From NCBI GenBank assembly GCA_965249725.1, contig OZ252251.1, forward strand, positions 64,001 through 128,000: a stretch of 64,000 nucleotides of DNA. Reading direction: 5' to 3'. This stretch comes from Longimicrobiales bacterium (GTDB lineage Bacteria > Gemmatimonadota > Gemmatimonadetes > Longimicrobiales > Gaopeijiaceae). The stretch's first letter is position 1; every line of letters begins with the position of its first letter. Both the position numbers and the translations under genes were made by a program. This document shows positions 62,311 to 64,000 of this stretch, piece after piece. The notes beneath the pieces were generated by a model. It had not been told where the DNA came from. It saw only the letters and a list, made by a program, of their open reading frames with translations, and searched no databases.

Positions 62311-62398
62311 GTCGTTGGTCTCGCAATCGATGGCCCTACACCGCAAAGGAGCCATCCCTCGATAGTGGAATGCACTTAACTCGAAGTCGGACTGATAG

Positions 62399-62656
62399 TT
62401 ACCGAAGTCGGGTCAGGTTCCGGAGCTTCTGCGCCTTGTCCAGAAGTGAAGAGGTCGACTCCGCCTCCTCGGGTGCTTCGCCGAGCAGGTCGCTGAGCCG
62501 GTCACGCAGATCGAGCAAGACCTCCAGATAGATCTGATCTCGCTGAAACTCGAAGTCCAGCCGCGCGACGTCGCCGCTTTCAGCCTCGGCGCTCCGTCCG
62601 AGCTCGTCCCGATAGAGCTTCTCGAGGTTGTCGACAATGCGTTGTCGATCTCTCAT
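62399..62656 (-). CDS. Hypothetical small helical protein
   Basis: 85 aa, host-like codons, 4-nt overlap with the upstream gene. Confidence 0.65.
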   Translation of the reverse strand: MRDRQRIVDNLEKLYRDELGRSAEAESGDVARLDFEFQRDQIYLEVLLDLRDRLSDLLGEAPEEAESTSSLLDKAQKLRNLTRLR

Positions 62657-63279
62657 AACACATCTCCTCCGGGACCGTCGCGGAAGAACTCCGTCAGCGC
62701 CCCTTTCATCTCGTCCATGCCTTTGCTGAAGTAGTGATCCGCCCCGGGGATTCGTACCAGCGTCACATGCGGCCCGAACTCGGCTACGGCGGACTCGACC
62801 TCGGTCCCGGATCCGAACTCGTCGTCCTCTCCCTGTACGATGAGTACGGGCTTAGCCACGTCCTTCAAGAAGGTATAGTCGTAGAGACGCACGGGAATGC
62901 CGATGGCAAAGAGGGCAGCGACCCTCGGGTCACTGCAGGCGTAGCCCAGGGACACCATCGAGCCGAACGAGAACCCGCCTGTCACCAGGGGAAGCCCCGG
63001 ATGTTGTTCCTCGAGCCAGCCCAGGGCCGCGGCCACGTCGTCCTTCTCACCGATGCCCTCTTCATAGCCGCCCGTGCTGGTACCAACACCTCGAAAATTG
63101 AAGCGAAGTGCGGCGATCCCAGCGTCCGCCAATGCCTGAGCCGCACGAAACACGGCCTTGGTGTGCATCGTACCGCCATGTAGGGGATGCGGGTGACAGA
63201 CTACGCCGGCTGCACGCGGCGCGCCGGACGGCGTGCGAAGGGCGGCCTCCAGCTGTCCATGGGGTGCGGGAATGTTCAA
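62653..63279 (-). CDS. Alpha/beta hydrolase
   Basis: HPHPLHGGTM, RFNFRGVG, GFSFG, QGEDDE, ADHYF. Confidence 0.9.
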   Translation of the reverse strand: MNIPAPHGQLEAALRTPSGAPRAAGVVCHPHPLHGGTMHTKAVFRAAQALADAGIAALRFNFRGVGTSTGGYEEGIGEKDDVAAALGWLEEQHPGLPLVTGGFSFGSMVSLGYACSDPRVAALFAIGIPVRLYDYTFLKDVAKPVLIVQGEDDEFGSGTEVESAVAEFGPHVTLVRIPGADHYFSKGMDEMKGALTEFFRDGPGGDVL

Positions 63280-63415
63280 GCAAGACTCCTGCGGTTGTCT
63301 CGCACGTGTTCTCCAGGCCCGCTATCTTTGGTCACGCGGCCCCGGGTGGGATTCGAGACACCACTCTAGGCCCCCATCAGTGGCCTCGCCACCGGCCCTG
63401 AACCCGAGCTATCCG

Positions 63416-63934
63416 ATGCCGTCGAACCAGACCGAGGACCAGAAACTCACCGCTCGAGCCAATGACCTCTATTGGCACTCCGGGCAGAGCGTGAATCAGA
63501 TCGCCGAGGAGATGGACCTCTCCAAGAGTCGATTGTACGGCCTCGTTCGACCGTTACCGGTAGGAAGCCCCTGCCCCGACTGCCAGACCGAGCTTCTCTT
63601 CCCCAACAGGACGGCGATGGAGAAGGGGTTCGTCACGTGCCCGGAGTGTGGCTTCGAGGGTGCGGTCGACAAGGTACCGGTAGAGACGGGCAAGGCCGCT
63701 CCCAAGAAACGACGCATAAGGAAGAAGACCGGTCCGAGCCGAGCGAAGAGCGCCACCAACGGGCAGGCGACGACGCAGCCGGCCCCGTCATCCGAAGCAG
63801 ACGAGGGCGCCGCCCAAGAAGCGGCGTCTGCGCTGGCACATAGGCGAGTGGGCTCGAAACGAGTGCTCTGGGGCTCTGTGCTGCTCGGGGCGGCGGCAGG
63901 GCTCTACATCGCCATCCGGCAACGCCGCTCATAG
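63416..63934 (+). CDS. Hypothetical protein: HTH-like, Zn ribbon, basic linker, C-terminal TM anchor
   Basis: SVNQIAEEMDLSKSRLY; CPDC..CPECG; KKRRIRKK; VLWGSVLLGAAAGLYIAI. Confidence 0.7.
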   Translation: MPSNQTEDQKLTARANDLYWHSGQSVNQIAEEMDLSKSRLYGLVRPLPVGSPCPDCQTELLFPNRTAMEKGFVTCPECGFEGAVDKVPVETGKAAPKKRRIRKKTGPSRAKSATNGQATTQPAPSSEADEGAAQEAASALAHRRVGSKRVLWGSVLLGAAAGLYIAIRQRRS

Positions 63935-64000
63935 TCCGCAGCCCGGCATCGATGCAGACCCACACACATGACCCTCGGACGATCATCACGCCGGACGCGT

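Overview
High-GC bacterial chromosomal window. The gene repertoire (Hanks kinase-TolB propeller, TolB/TPR proteins, PIG-L/SSS module) suggests Gemmatimonadota (Longimicrobiales-like); this is inference, not a marker-gene call. Most of it is housekeeping: pfk (partial), transporters, a LeuD-LeuC-type fused dehydratase, tRNA-Glu and tRNA-Val, a ligA-polX-yrbG-fabI run, a complete sufCBD-Rieske-sufS-sufU cluster with ogt, fadI, a 4-hydroxybenzoyl-CoA-reductase-like (HcrCAB) molybdoenzyme operon, bacilliredoxin, ferredoxin and pduO. Two accessory patches (about 35.4-40 kb and 47.1-51.8 kb) carry small cassette-like genes, vapBC and gene remnants. Most striking observation: the molybdoenzyme large subunit is fused in frame, through an internal lipoprotein signal peptide (LSGC lipobox), to a DUF1460/NlpC-P60-like peptidoglycan amidase domain in the middle of the operon. 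Also notable: seven 12-14-bp tandem amplifications at gene boundaries or signal peptides, a putative casposon-type PolB C-terminal remnant, a DUF190 remnant next to tRNA-Val, and three single-lesion gene disruptions. The disruptions mean sequence errors must be excluded before trusting the fusion. No CRISPR array, rRNA or intact mobile element was seen. All family calls come from motif recognition, not database searches.
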